Source: Candidatus Acidiferrum sp. (lineage in GTDB: Bacteria > Methylomirabilota > Methylomirabilia > Rokubacteriales > CSP1-6). Taken from it: DNA of 64,000 bases. Of the stretch, positions 1-10,128 are shown in pieces. The stretch lies in the NCBI GenBank assembly GCA_035635775.1, contig DASQAL010000254.1, forward strand, positions 13,035-77,034, written 5' to 3'. A program made the translations under genes and the position numbers. Position 1 is the first letter of the stretch, and every line of letters begins with the position of its first letter. Under the pieces are notes generated by a model. The model searched no databases. It had not been told where the DNA came from and worked only from the letters and a program-made list of their open reading frames with translations.

Positions 1-301
1 ACCGGGCGGCGAGCGACTTGGTGTTGAAGGCCTTGGCCGGATCCACCGTGCCCGCCTTGCCGCCTTCCAGCGGGTTCTCATCGTCCCCCATCATCTTCAC
101 GTAGCCGCCCATCGGGATCGCGGACAGGCAGTACTCGGTCTCCTTGCCCCGGAAGCGCCAGAGCACGGGCCCGAAGCCGACCGAGAACCGCTCGACCCCC
201 ACCCCGCAGAGCCGGGCCATGAAGAAATGGCCGAGCTCGTGCACGATGATGAGGATGCCGAGCACCACCACGAACGAGACGAGCATCTGCACCGTTGCCA
301 T
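1..301 (-). CDS. rseP: RIP metalloprotease RseP (site-2 protease), N-terminal ~100 aa; gene runs off the window start
   Basis: Reverse-complement translation from ATG at 301 gives MATVQMLVSFVVVLGILIIVHELGHFFMARL with the HExxH zinc motif and following membrane segment; conserved position downstream of dxr. Confidence 0.8.
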   Translation of the reverse strand, partial: MATVQMLVSFVVVLGILIIVHELGHFFMARLCGVGVERFSVGFGPVLWRFRGKETEYCLSAIPMGGYVKMMGDDENPLEGGKAGTVDPAKAFNTKSLAAR

Positions 302-308
302 GAGGCCC

Positions 309-1484
309 CTATCTCATCGCGGCCGCGACCCCGCCGGGCAGCCAGTCCCGCACCGCCGCCCGCGTCCGGGTGTCAACGTCCACGCACGTGTCGATACTGT
401 CGAGCGCCCGCGCGGGCACCCGCGCCAGCGCTTCCGCGATCAGCTCGGGAATCTGGGTGAAGCGGATGCGGCCGGCGAGGAAGGCGGCGACCGCGATCTC
501 GTTGGCCGCGTTCAGGATCACCGGCGCGCACCCGCCCTCCCGCAAGGCCCGGCGCGCCAGGTCCAGGCACGGGAAGCGCTCCACGTCCGGCTCCTCGAAG
601 GTGAGCGGCCCGATCCGGGTGAGGTCCAGGCGCTCCGCCGGACAGGGTAGGCGCCGCGGGTACGTCAGCGCGTAGAGGATCGGGATGCCCATGTCGGCCA
701 CCCCGAGCTGGGCGATGACCGACCCGTCCACGTACTCGACCATCGAGTGCACGATCGACTGCGGATGCACCACCACCTGCACCTGCTCGGGCTCGAGGTC
801 GAAGAGCCAGCGCGCCTCGATGACCTCGAGGCCCTTGTTCATGAGGGTGGCGGAGTCCACCGTGATCTTGGCGCCCATCCGCCACGTCGGATGGTTCAGC
901 GCCTCCTCCACCGTGACCTTCGCGAGGTCCGCCGCCTTCATCGTCCGGAACGGCCCGCCGGAGGCGGTGAGCAGCACCCTTCCCACCTCGGCGCGGTTGT
1001 GGCCCTCGAGACACTGGAAGACCGCGCTGTGCTCGGAATCCACCGGCAGCAGCGGGACGCCGCGCTCCCGGGCCGCCGCGGTCATCAGGCTGCCCGCCAT
1101 GACCAGCGTCTCCTTGTTGGCCAGCGCGATGCTCTTGCCGCTCTTGATCGCGGCCATGGTGGGCAAGAGGCCCGCCCCGCCCACGATGGCGGAGAGCAGC
1201 ACGTCGGCCTCCACCTCCCCGGCGAGCGTCACGATGCCGGCGGGACCGGCGAGCAGCTCGGGCCGCGGGGACCCCAGCGCGCGCGCCACCGCGTCGAGCG
1301 CCCCCGCATCGGCCACCGCCAGGGCCCGCGGCCGGTGACGGCGGCACAGCTCCGCGAGCAGCTCCGGGTTGGAGCCGCGGGCCGCCATGCCCTCCACCCG
1401 GAACTCGTCGGGGAAATGCTCGGCCAGCTCGAGCGCGCGCCGCCCCACGGAGCCGGTCACCCCCAGCACGGTCAGCCGTTTCAT
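309..1484 (-). CDS. dxr: 1-deoxy-D-xylulose 5-phosphate reductoisomerase
   Basis: C-terminal 391 aa of the supplied 641-aa ORF (MKRLTVLGVTGSVG... NADPH-binding N-terminus, LANKE, DSEHSA motifs); start ATG overlaps cdsA stop (ATGA). Confidence 0.9.
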   Translation of the reverse strand: MKRLTVLGVTGSVGRRALELAEHFPDEFRVEGMAARGSNPELLAELCRRHRPRALAVADAGALDAVARALGSPRPELLAGPAGIVTLAGEVEADVLLSAIVGGAGLLPTMAAIKSGKSIALANKETLVMAGSLMTAAARERGVPLLPVDSEHSAVFQCLEGHNRAEVGRVLLTASGGPFRTMKAADLAKVTVEEALNHPTWRMGAKITVDSATLMNKGLEVIEARWLFDLEPEQVQVVVHPQSIVHSMVEYVDGSVIAQLGVADMGIPILYALTYPRRLPCPAERLDLTRIGPLTFEEPDVERFPCLDLARRALREGGCAPVILNAANEIAVAAFLAGRIRFTQIPELIAEALARVPARALDSIDTCVDVDTRTRAAVRDWLPGGVAAAMR

Positions 1485-2350
1485 GCGCCCAGGGACCTCG
1501 CGTACGTCGCGTAGTAGAAGAGGACCGGCGTGTTGACGAGCAGGCTGTCCACGCGGTCCAGCATCCCGCCGTGCCCGGGGATGAGCCGCCCGGTGTCCTT
1601 GGTGCCGACGCTCCGCTTGATGGCGGACTCGAGGAGATCGCCGGCCTGGCCCACCACGCCGAGCAGGAGCCCGACCACGACCGCGCTCTCGAGAGAGAGC
1701 GCCGGGAAGAACGTCGCGCGCGCGCCCAGCGCGGCCAGCACCGACATCACGAGCTGCGCGAGCGCGCCCTCCACCGTCTTGCCGGGGCTGATCGCGGGGG
1801 CGAGCTTGTGGCGACCCACGGTGGAGCCGACCAGGTAGGCGGCGGTCTCGCCGAGCCACGTGACCCCAACCAGAAGCAGGATCCATTCCCGACCGGCGTC
1901 CAGATCGCGCAGCCAGAACGTGTAGCCGAGCAGCCAGTTCACGTAGCAGACGCCGAACAGGGTGACCGCCACCGGCTCCCAGGCCGGGCGGGCCGCCGGG
2001 GGCCGCAGCAGCCCGACCGCGAGCAGCGCGAGAAGCACCGCGGTGAGCACCACCCGCTCGGACACCGGCAGCGCAAAGCTCGCGGTCACGAGCGAGCCGC
2101 CCACCAGCCCGAGCAGGCGGAAGGTCCGCACGCCCGCCCGCTCGAACATGCCGGTGAACTCCCATTGCCCGAGCGCGCCCGCGAGCACCATGACCGCCCC
2201 GAACACCCACACCGATCCGTCCGCGACCATCCACACGAACAGGGGCAGGAGGATCAGCGTGCTCAGGAGCCGGCGCACGAGCCCTCCGCGGTGGGAGGGG
2301 ACCGCCTGCTCGACCGACCCAGAGAGCGGCACGCCCTGTGCTCGGGACAT
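1481..2350 (-). CDS. cdsA: phosphatidate cytidylyltransferase
   Basis: Multi-TM protein ending in the CTP_transf_1 signature (...KRSVGTKDTGRLIPGHGGMLDRVDS); chosen start MSRAQ overlaps uppS stop as TGATG. Confidence 0.85.
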   Translation of the reverse strand: MSRAQGVPLSGSVEQAVPSHRGGLVRRLLSTLILLPLFVWMVADGSVWVFGAVMVLAGALGQWEFTGMFERAGVRTFRLLGLVGGSLVTASFALPVSERVVLTAVLLALLAVGLLRPPAARPAWEPVAVTLFGVCYVNWLLGYTFWLRDLDAGREWILLLVGVTWLGETAAYLVGSTVGRHKLAPAISPGKTVEGALAQLVMSVLAALGARATFFPALSLESAVVVGLLLGVVGQAGDLLESAIKRSVGTKDTGRLIPGHGGMLDRVDSLLVNTPVLFYYATYARSLGA

Positions 2351-3132
2351 CAAACTTTTCCGAAGCGGCGGTCCCGCTGCTGGAAGTCGGCGATCGCGAG
2401 ACAGAACTCGCGCGCCCCGAAATCCGGCCAGAGGGTCGGCGTCATCCACAACTCGGTGTAGGCGACCTGCCATAGGAGGAAGTTGGACAGACGCAGCTCC
2501 CCGCTCGTGCGGATCAGCAGGTCCGGGTCGGGGATGCCGTCGGTGTAGAGCGCGCGGGAGACGCGAACCTCGTCGATATCTTCCGGCCGCAACTGTCCGC
2601 TCAGCACCTCGCGGGCGAGCGCGCGCACCGCGTCCACCAGCTCGTCGCGACCGCCGTAGTTGAAGGCCATGAGCAGGGTGAGGCCGGTATTGCGCGACGT
2701 CGTCTCGATGAGCCGCTGGATGCGCTCGCCCACCCGCGCGGGCACCCCGTCCGCACGGCCGATCACCCGGAAACGCACGTTGCGCTCCATGAGCTCGGGC
2801 AGCTCGCGCTCGATGGACCGCTCCAGCAGGGCCATCAGGGTGGACACCTCCTGATGGGGCCGGTTCCAGTTCTCCGAGGAGAACGCGTAGAGGGTGAGGA
2901 ACTGGATGCCGAGCTCACCCGCGGTGCGCACGACCGCCCGCACCGACTTGACGCCCTCACCGTGCCCGGCCACGCGCGGCAGCCCGCGGTTGGTGGCCCA
3001 GCGCCCGTTGCCGTCCATGATGACCGCCACGTGCCGCGGGCGCGGCCGGGCCAGGATGCGCTGCTTGAGATCGTCCTCGTGGAGCGTCGACAGCTCCGAC
3101 ACCGCCGCGGAGATCCCGGCCTTCGCCGCCAT
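2350..3132 (-). CDS. uppS: undecaprenyl-diphosphate synthase (cis-prenyltransferase)
   Basis: HVAVIMDGNGRWA, FSSENWNRP, RTSGELRLSNFLLWQ motifs. Confidence 0.92.
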   Translation of the reverse strand: MAAKAGISAAVSELSTLHEDDLKQRILARPRPRHVAVIMDGNGRWATNRGLPRVAGHGEGVKSVRAVVRTAGELGIQFLTLYAFSSENWNRPHQEVSTLMALLERSIERELPELMERNVRFRVIGRADGVPARVGERIQRLIETTSRNTGLTLLMAFNYGGRDELVDAVRALAREVLSGQLRPEDIDEVRVSRALYTDGIPDPDLLIRTSGELRLSNFLLWQVAYTELWMTPTLWPDFGAREFCLAIADFQQRDRRFGKV

Positions 3133-3239
3133 ATCGGGCCATGTTACGTGAGCCCCCTAAGAATTGCCAGGAAAAACCCCCGATAGAACCAAAAACCAGG
3201 AAATATTTCGGGCGCTTACAGGCAACCGGCGACGCAGCA

Positions 3240-3330
3240 GCAACGAGTGTCCGCGGACTGGGGGAGTGCGGGGGCCATTTCTGGGCCCCCGCATTTCAAA
3301 AGAGCTTAAAGAACTAAACGGTAATGAGCC
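3240..3330. repeat. ~65-bp AT-richer intergenic repeat with perfect hairpin GCGGGGGCC-N7-GGCCCCCGC followed by A/T-rich tail; second near-identical copy at 28486-28556
   Basis: gggggagtgcgggggccatttctgggcccccgcatttcaaaagagcttaaagaactaaacgg here versus its reverse complement (about 90% identical) upstream of dinB; lies in the frr-uppS intergenic gap. Confidence 0.7.
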
Positions 3331-3360
3331 AGACGGTTGTCCGCAGAACCCCGCCGCCAA

Positions 3361-3921
3361 CTACACCGTCATCACTTCCTGCTCCTTCTTCCTCGCCAGC
3401 TCGTCGATCTTCACGGTGAACCGATCGGTGGTCTTCTGGATCTGGTCGTGGCCGCGCCGCTCCTCGTCCTCGGACACCTTCTTGTCCTTGGCGAGGGCCT
3501 TGAGCTTGTCGTTGGCTTCGCGGCGCGCGTTGCGAATCGCGACCCGCGCGTCCTCCGCGAACTTCCCGACCGTCTTGGCCAGCTGCTTGCGCCGCTCCTC
3601 GGTCAGCGAGGGCACCGTGAGCCGGATCACCTTGCCGTCGTTGCTCGGGGTGAGCCCCAGGTCGGACTTGGCGATGCCCTTCTCGATCTCCTTCATCTGC
3701 GAGGCGTCCCACGGCTGGATCACGATCGTGCGCGGGTCGGGCACCGACACCGACGCGAGCTGGTTGATCGGGGTCAGGTTGCCGTACGCTTCGACGCGCA
3801 CCCCGTCCAGGAGCGAGGCGTTGGCGCGGCCGGTGCGGACGCTCGCGAACTCCCGCGTCAGCGCGTCCACCGCGGTCTGCATACGGCTCTCGAGATCCTT
3901 CAACACCGCCGGTTGGCTCAT
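3361..3921 (-). CDS. frr: ribosome recycling factor
   Basis: 186-aa product with typical RRF sequence (LLDGVRVEAYG..., C-terminal coiled region). Confidence 0.92.
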   Translation of the reverse strand: MSQPAVLKDLESRMQTAVDALTREFASVRTGRANASLLDGVRVEAYGNLTPINQLASVSVPDPRTIVIQPWDASQMKEIEKGIAKSDLGLTPSNDGKVIRLTVPSLTEERRKQLAKTVGKFAEDARVAIRNARREANDKLKALAKDKKVSEDEERRGHDQIQKTTDRFTVKIDELARKKEQEVMTV

Positions 3922-3924
3922 GGC

Positions 3925-5284
<1,360 letters not shown>

Positions 5285-5298
5285 GGAGGCGTCCTGCC

Positions 5299-6078
5299 TC
5301 AGACGCCGGCTTCCGCCGACTTCGTCATCTCCGCCTCGGTCACCACCGGCATGTCGGGCGAGGCCGGGATCTCCTCCTCCACCTCCTGCTTGGCGAGGCT
5401 GCCGATGCCCTCGATGATCGCGTCCGCGATCCGGGAGGTGATGAGGCGCACCGACCGGATGGCGTCGTCGTTGCCCGGCACCGGGTAGTCGATCCCGGAG
5501 GGATCGCAGTTGGTGTCCACGATCGCCACGATCGGGATGGACAGCCGGCGGGCCTCCTCCACCGCGATCGTCTCCTTCTTGGGATCGATGATGAACACCG
5601 CGGAGGGCAGCCGGTCCATGTTCTTGATGCCGACCAGCGTGCTCTGCAGCTTCGCCCGCTCCCGCTCGAGCCCGATCACTTCCTTCTTGGGCAGCCGCTC
5701 GTACTCGCCGGTCTCGCTCATCTCGTCGAGCTTCTTGAGCCGCGCGATGGACTTCCGGATCGTCGCGAAGTTGGTGAGGGTCCCGCCCAGCCAGCGGTGG
5801 TTGACGTAGAACATCCCGCAGCGGGTGGTCTCCTCCAGCACCGTCTCCTGGGCCTGCTTCTTGGTGCCCACGAAGAGCACGATGCCCCCGTCGGCGGCGA
5901 GATCGCGCACGAAGGCGTAGGCCTCGCGGAACTTCTTGAGGGTCTTCTGCAGGTCGATGATGTAGATGCCGTTGCGCTCGCCGAAGATGTACTTCTGCAT
6001 CTTCGGGTTCCAGCGCTTGGTCTGGTGGCCGAAGTGCACCCCGGCCTCCAGCAATTCCTTCATGGTCAGCGTTGCCAT
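5299..6078 (-). CDS. rpsB: 30S ribosomal protein S2
   Basis: [22 protein letters not shown]... canonical S2 N-terminus. Confidence 0.95.
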   Translation of the reverse strand: MATLTMKELLEAGVHFGHQTKRWNPKMQKYIFGERNGIYIIDLQKTLKKFREAYAFVRDLAADGGIVLFVGTKKQAQETVLEETTRCGMFYVNHRWLGGTLTNFATIRKSIARLKKLDEMSETGEYERLPKKEVIGLERERAKLQSTLVGIKNMDRLPSAVFIIDPKKETIAVEEARRLSIPIVAIVDTNCDPSGIDYPVPGNDDAIRSVRLITSRIADAIIEGIGSLAKQEVEEEIPASPDMPVVTEAEMTKSAEAGV

Positions 6079-6207
6079 GGCCCTGCCGTCCTTTCCGTCG
6101 CCGTTCGGTTGGCCTCCGGTTGCGAGCGGCCGGCCCCCGGAGAGGGGCGCGACACTTCCCCGCCAGCCGACGAGGGCGGCGGAGACCGAAGCTCGGAACC
6201 GTGCGTG

Positions 6208-7422
6208 TTAGGTCGTGTACTTCGCGTTGATTCGAACGTACTCCTCACTGAGGTCACATGTCCACACCCGGTCCTCGCCCCGCCCCAGCCCGAGGTCGAT
6301 GGCGATGGTGTAGCCGGGCCCGCCCATCACCTCGTGGATGCGGTCGAGCCGGGCCCCCGGCCGCAGCATCCCCTTCTCCACCAGCAGCTCCCCCCCGATG
6401 GCGATGGCCACGCGGTCGGCGGCCACCCGCGCCGCGCTCTTGCCGAGCGCCATCATGATGCGCCCCCAGTTGGGATCCGCCCCGTTGATCGCGGTCTTCA
6501 CCAGCGGAGAATTGGCCACCGACCGGGCCGCGATCACCGCCTCGCGACGGGTGCGGGCCCCCCGCACCGCCACCTCCACCAGCTTGGTCGCGCCCTCGCC
6601 GTCCTCGACCAGCATGCGGGCGAGCCGCTCGGTGATCGCCTCCAGCGCCCGCGCGAACTGGCGCAGGCCCTTGCCTCCGCGCTCGAGCGACGCGTTCTCG
6701 GCCAGCCCGTTGGCGAGGATCGCCACCGTGTCGCTGGTGGACTGATCGCCGTCGACCGTGATCCGGTTGAAGGAGCGGTCGGTGGCCCGGCGCAGCACCC
6801 GCGGCAGCGAGTCGCGCGCCACCATCGCGTCGGTGGCGAGGAAGCAAAACATGGTCGCCATGTGCGGCTCGAGCATGCCCACCCCTTTGGCGATGCCCCC
6901 GATGGTCACCGGCCGGCCGGCCAGGTCGAACCGGAGGGCCGCTTCCTTCGGCCGGGTGTCCGTGGTCATGATGGCCTCGGCGGCGAGACGCCCGCCCTGC
7001 GGCGAGAGCCCCTTGACCAGCCTGGGCAGCCCCGCCCGGATCTTGTCCATCGGCAGCGGCTGGCCGATCACGCCGGTCGAGGCGATCAGCACCTGCCGTG
7101 GCGGAATCCGCAGCAGCTCGCCGGTGATGCGCGTCATTTCCCTTGCGTCCTTGACACCCTGCTCGCCCGTGCACACGTTGGAGCAGCCGGCCGAGGCCAG
7201 GATAGCCTGGGCGCGGCCGTCACGCACGTGCTCCTGCGAGACGAGCACCGGCGCGCCCTTGATCTGGTTCATGGTGAACACCGCGGCCGCGCGGGCGGGC
7301 GAGGAGGAATAGACGAGGGCCAGGTCCTTCTTACCGCTGGGCTTGATGCCGGCCGCGACGCCTGCGGCGAGGATGCCGGGCACGGCGGTGATGCCTCCCT
7401 CCAGCCACTGGAAGTCCGGCAT
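6208..7422 (-). CDS. argJ: bifunctional glutamate N-acetyltransferase / amino-acid acetyltransferase (ornithine acetyltransferase)
   Basis: Lower 404 aa of the supplied 644-aa ORF starting MPDFQWLEGGITAVPG; ATMFCFLATDA self-cleavage region, TVDGDQSTSDT. Confidence 0.88.
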   Translation of the reverse strand: MPDFQWLEGGITAVPGILAAGVAAGIKPSGKKDLALVYSSSPARAAAVFTMNQIKGAPVLVSQEHVRDGRAQAILASAGCSNVCTGEQGVKDAREMTRITGELLRIPPRQVLIASTGVIGQPLPMDKIRAGLPRLVKGLSPQGGRLAAEAIMTTDTRPKEAALRFDLAGRPVTIGGIAKGVGMLEPHMATMFCFLATDAMVARDSLPRVLRRATDRSFNRITVDGDQSTSDTVAILANGLAENASLERGGKGLRQFARALEAITERLARMLVEDGEGATKLVEVAVRGARTRREAVIAARSVANSPLVKTAINGADPNWGRIMMALGKSAARVAADRVAIAIGGELLVEKGMLRPGARLDRIHEVMGGPGYTIAIDLGLGRGEDRVWTCDLSEEYVRINAKYTT

Positions 7423-7427
7423 CCGGG

Positions 7428-8477
7428 CTACGGATACACCGGAGGCGCGTCGAGACCGGTCCGCTCGTCCCACCCCATCATGATGTTGAGGTTCTGGATC
7501 CCGTTGGCGGAGCCGCCCTTGCCCAGGTTGTCGAGCGCGGACACGCAGACCGCGCGCTTCGTGCGCGGGTCGGCCACCACCGTGACGTCGCAGAAGTTCG
7601 AGCCCACCACCGACCGCGTGGTCGGGCGCTGCCCCTCGTCGAGCACGCGCACGAACGGCTCGCCCGCGTAGAACTCCTGGTAGAGGGCCACCAGCTCCGC
7701 GGTCGTGGCCGGCTTGGCGAGCGGCACCGACGCGGTGGTGAAGAGCCCGCGGTTGAGCGGCACCAGGTGCGGCGTGAACGCGACCACCACCGGCCGGCCC
7801 GCCAGCGCGGAGAGCTCCTGCTCGATCTCGGGGGTGTGCCGGTGGGTGCCCATGGCGTAGGCCTGCACGTTCTCGTTCGCCTCGGTGAAGAGGTACATCG
7901 GGTCGGCCTTGCGGCCCTGGGCGCCCGCGCCGGTGACCCCGGACTTGCCGTCGATCACGATGCCCTCGACGCTCCCGCGCCCGCTCTTGAGCAGCGGCGC
8001 GGTGGCGAGGATCGCGCCCATCGGGTAGCAGCCGGGCGAGGCCACCAGGGACGCGCCCGCGACCTGCTTGCGGTGCAGCTCGGGCAGGCCGTAGACCGCC
8101 TCGGCCAGCCCGCTCGCGTCCTCGTGGGGCGCCTTGTACCACGTGGTGTACAGCGTCGCGTCCTTCAAGCGGTAGTCGGCGGAGAGATCGATGGCCTTCT
8201 TGCCGTGACGCCGGAGCGTCGGCATCAGCCGCTGGGATTCCATGTGCGGCAGCGCGAGAAAGACGACATCGGCCTCGTCGGCCAGGCGCTCCCGGTGGAT
8301 CTCCTGGAACACGAGATCGCTGAGCCCCCGGAGGTGCGGGTAGACGCGGTCGAGGCGCTCGCCCGCGAGCCGCTCGGAGGTGACCGCGCTGATGCGCACC
8401 TTGGGATGGACGGTCAGGAGGCGCAGCAGCTCCGCCCCCATGTACCCGCTGGCCCCGGTGACCGCGATTCTCAACAT
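7428..8477 (-). CDS. argC: N-acetyl-gamma-glutamyl-phosphate reductase
   Basis: MLRIAVTGASGYMGAELLRLL Rossmann N-terminus and SPGCYP active-site Cys motif. Confidence 0.92.
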   Translation of the reverse strand: MLRIAVTGASGYMGAELLRLLTVHPKVRISAVTSERLAGERLDRVYPHLRGLSDLVFQEIHRERLADEADVVFLALPHMESQRLMPTLRRHGKKAIDLSADYRLKDATLYTTWYKAPHEDASGLAEAVYGLPELHRKQVAGASLVASPGCYPMGAILATAPLLKSGRGSVEGIVIDGKSGVTGAGAQGRKADPMYLFTEANENVQAYAMGTHRHTPEIEQELSALAGRPVVVAFTPHLVPLNRGLFTTASVPLAKPATTAELVALYQEFYAGEPFVRVLDEGQRPTTRSVVGSNFCDVTVVADPRTKRAVCVSALDNLGKGGSANGIQNLNIMMGWDERTGLDAPPVYP

Positions 8478-8494
8478 GGCGGCCTCGCGGGCGG

Positions 8495-8890
8495 TTACCG
8501 CTTCGAGTACTGGAACTTGGAGCGCGCGCCGGGCTGGCCGTACTTCTTGCGCTCCTTCATCCGCGGATCGCGGGTGAGGAGGCCGGCCCGCTTGAGCGTC
8601 TGGCGCAGCTTGTCGTCGAACTGCAGCAGCGCCCGCGCGATCCCGTGGCGCACCGCCCCCGCCTGGCCGGTGGGGCCGCCACCGCCCACGTTCACGATCG
8701 CGTCGAACTGCCCGAACGTGTTGGTGAGCTGGAGCGGCTGGGAGATGACCATGCGCAGCGTCTCGCGCGGAAAGTAGTCCTCGAAGGGACGGCGATTGAT
8801 CAGGATGCGGCCGCTGCCCGCCCGCAGCCAGACGCGAGCGACCGAGGTCTTGCGGCGACCGGTTCCGTAGAAACGACTGACGACGGCCAT
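8495..8890 (-). CDS. rpsI: 30S ribosomal protein S9
   Basis: [20 protein letters not shown] ... C-terminal KFQYSKR; upstream 49 codons of the listed ORF are a spurious extension. Confidence 0.93.
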   Translation of the reverse strand: MAVVSRFYGTGRRKTSVARVWLRAGSGRILINRRPFEDYFPRETLRMVISQPLQLTNTFGQFDAIVNVGGGGPTGQAGAVRHGIARALLQFDDKLRQTLKRAGLLTRDPRMKERKKYGQPGARSKFQYSKR

Positions 8891-8898
8891 GGGGCTCC

Positions 8899-9342
8899 TC
8901 AGCGGGCGCGCTCGCGCAGGGCGAGCGGCTCGGGCTTCTGGGCGGCGTGCGGGTGCTCCGCGCCCTTGTAGACCTTCAGCTTCTTGGCCATCGCGCGGCC
9001 GAGACGGCCCTTCGGGAGCATGCCCTGCACCGCCCACTCGATCACGCGCTCCGGATGCGTCTTGAGCATCCGCTCCGCGCTGACCTCGCGCAGTCCCCCG
9101 ATGTAGCCGCTGTGCCAGCGATAGATCTTGTCGGTCAGCTTGCGCCCGGTGAGGTGCACCTTCTCGGCATTGATGACCACCACGTGATCACCCACGTCGA
9201 GGTGCGGCGAGAACTGGGGCTTGTGCTTGCCCCGCAGCACCGTCGCCACCTGGGTGGCGAGGCGGCCCAGCACCCGATCCTGGGCATCGACCAGGAACCA
9301 CTTGTGCTCTACATCCTCTTCCTTCGGCATTACCGTCGTCAT
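8899..9342 (-). CDS. rplM: 50S ribosomal protein L13
   Basis: [30 protein letters not shown]...; GGAGAT Shine-Dalgarno 5 nt upstream of the chosen ATG. Confidence 0.9.
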   Translation of the reverse strand: MTTVMPKEEDVEHKWFLVDAQDRVLGRLATQVATVLRGKHKPQFSPHLDVGDHVVVINAEKVHLTGRKLTDKIYRWHSGYIGGLREVSAERMLKTHPERVIEWAVQGMLPKGRLGRAMAKKLKVYKGAEHPHAAQKPEPLALRERAR

Positions 9343-9404
9343 GATCTCCGTCCGGATGGGACCGCCTACCGCCACGTCGAACACCCCGGCAAATGGCAAC
9401 GGGT

Positions 9405-9434
9405 AATCATAAAAGAAAGACTCCACGCGGTCAA
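9405..9434 (-). promoter_or_regulatory. sigma-70-type promoter for rplM-rpsI(-argCJ): TTGACC-17 nt-TATGAT
   Basis: Minus-strand reading TTGACCgcgtggagtctttctttTATGAT about 60 nt upstream of rplM start; near-consensus hexamers with 17-nt spacer. Confidence 0.7.
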
Positions 9435-9438
9435 CTAC

Positions 9439-10128
9439 CTACCCTGCCCGGCGACGGGACCCGGGCGCGGCGGGGCCCGCCTTCGTCTTGCCCGACCACG
9501 GGCACCGCGCCAGGATCGGGCAGGTCGGGCAGGCCGGCTTGCGGGCGGCGCAGACGCGCCGGCCGTGGAGGATGAGCAGGTGGCTGGCCTGGACCCAGCG
9601 CGGGCGCGGCAGGACCTGGCAGAGCTGGTCGTGGATCTTCTCGGGATCGTCGCCCCGGGCCAGCCCCAGGCGCTGCGAGACCCGGAAGACGTGGGTGTCC
9701 ACCGCCAGCGCCGGGATGCCGAAGGCATTGCCCAGCACCACGTTGGCGGTCTTCCGGCCGACCCCGGGGAGCGCCACCAGGTCTTCCAGAGTGCGTGGGA
9801 CCTCACCCGCGTGGCGCTCCACCAGCGCCCGGGCCATGCCGTTGAGCGACCGGGCCTTGGCCCGGAAGAAGCCGGTGGAATGGATCTCGCGCTCGAGGAC
9901 GGACAACGGCACCGCGGCCCAGTCCGCGGCACGTCGGTAGCGCGGGAAGAGCCCGGCGGTGACCATGTTGACGCGCTCGTCGGTGCACTGCGCGGACAGG
10001 ATCGTCGCGACCAGCAGCTCGAGCGGCGTGGTGAAGTCGAGCGCGGTGCGCGCGTCCGGATAGGCCTTCGCCAGCCGGGTCAGGATCTTGCCCGCCCGCG
10101 CCTTCTTCTCCGCAAGACTCTCGGCCAT
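9439..10128 (-). CDS. nth: endonuclease III (DNA glycosylase / AP lyase)
   Basis: HhH-GPD motif LPGVGRKTANVV and C-terminal 4Fe-4S ligands CAARKPACPTCPILARCP; start ATG overlaps upstream stop (TGATG). Confidence 0.9.
   Translation of the reverse strand: MAESLAEKKARAGKILTRLAKAYPDARTALDFTTPLELLVATILSAQCTDERVNMVTAGLFPRYRRAADWAAVPLSVLEREIHSTGFFRAKARSLNGMARALVERHAGEVPRTLEDLVALPGVGRKTANVVLGNAFGIPALAVDTHVFRVSQRLGLARGDDPEKIHDQLCQVLPRPRWVQASHLLILHGRRVCAARKPACPTCPILARCPWSGKTKAGPAAPGSRRRAG

Noticed and set aside
309-2234. 641-aa ORF (and 10128-13043 971 aa, 21186-22886 566 aa, 22346-23635 429 aa, 24109-25608 499 aa, 47840-49177 445 aa, 60664-62979 771 aa)
   Set aside because: N-terminal portions overlap upstream genes and lack homology. 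The real genes (dxr, GT-C protein, ACAD, ECH, accC, moxR, ccdA) start at internal ATG/GTG with SD sequences or start/stop overlaps, so the long versions are ORF-finder run-ons.
3157-3360. Short ORFs translating to ...MRGPRNGPRTPP... at 3157-3360 (-), 3164-4108 (+), 27260 N-terminus and 28443 (+)
   Set aside because: They arise from reading through the two copies of the 65-bp hairpin repeat in either orientation (same peptide appears because the repeat is inverted). A repeat artefact, not a conserved protein.
6221-6236. tRNA-like T-loop motif (gattcgaac)
   Set aside because: Lies inside the argJ coding sequence (…RINAKYTT). No acceptor stem or cloverleaf context.
5797-7671. 624-aa plus-strand ORF (and similar long ORFs 3337-4770 +, 10551-12575 +, 13649-14719 +, 17728-19311 -, 18408-20396 +, 24310-26052 +, 26561-28720 +, 28443-29843 +, 35840-37132 +, 53792-55864 -, etc.)
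   Set aside because: All lie antisense or out of frame to well-supported genes with clear family motifs. Their products are Arg/Pro/Gly/Ala-rich low-complexity sequences typical of open frames in ~70% GC DNA. No independent motifs.
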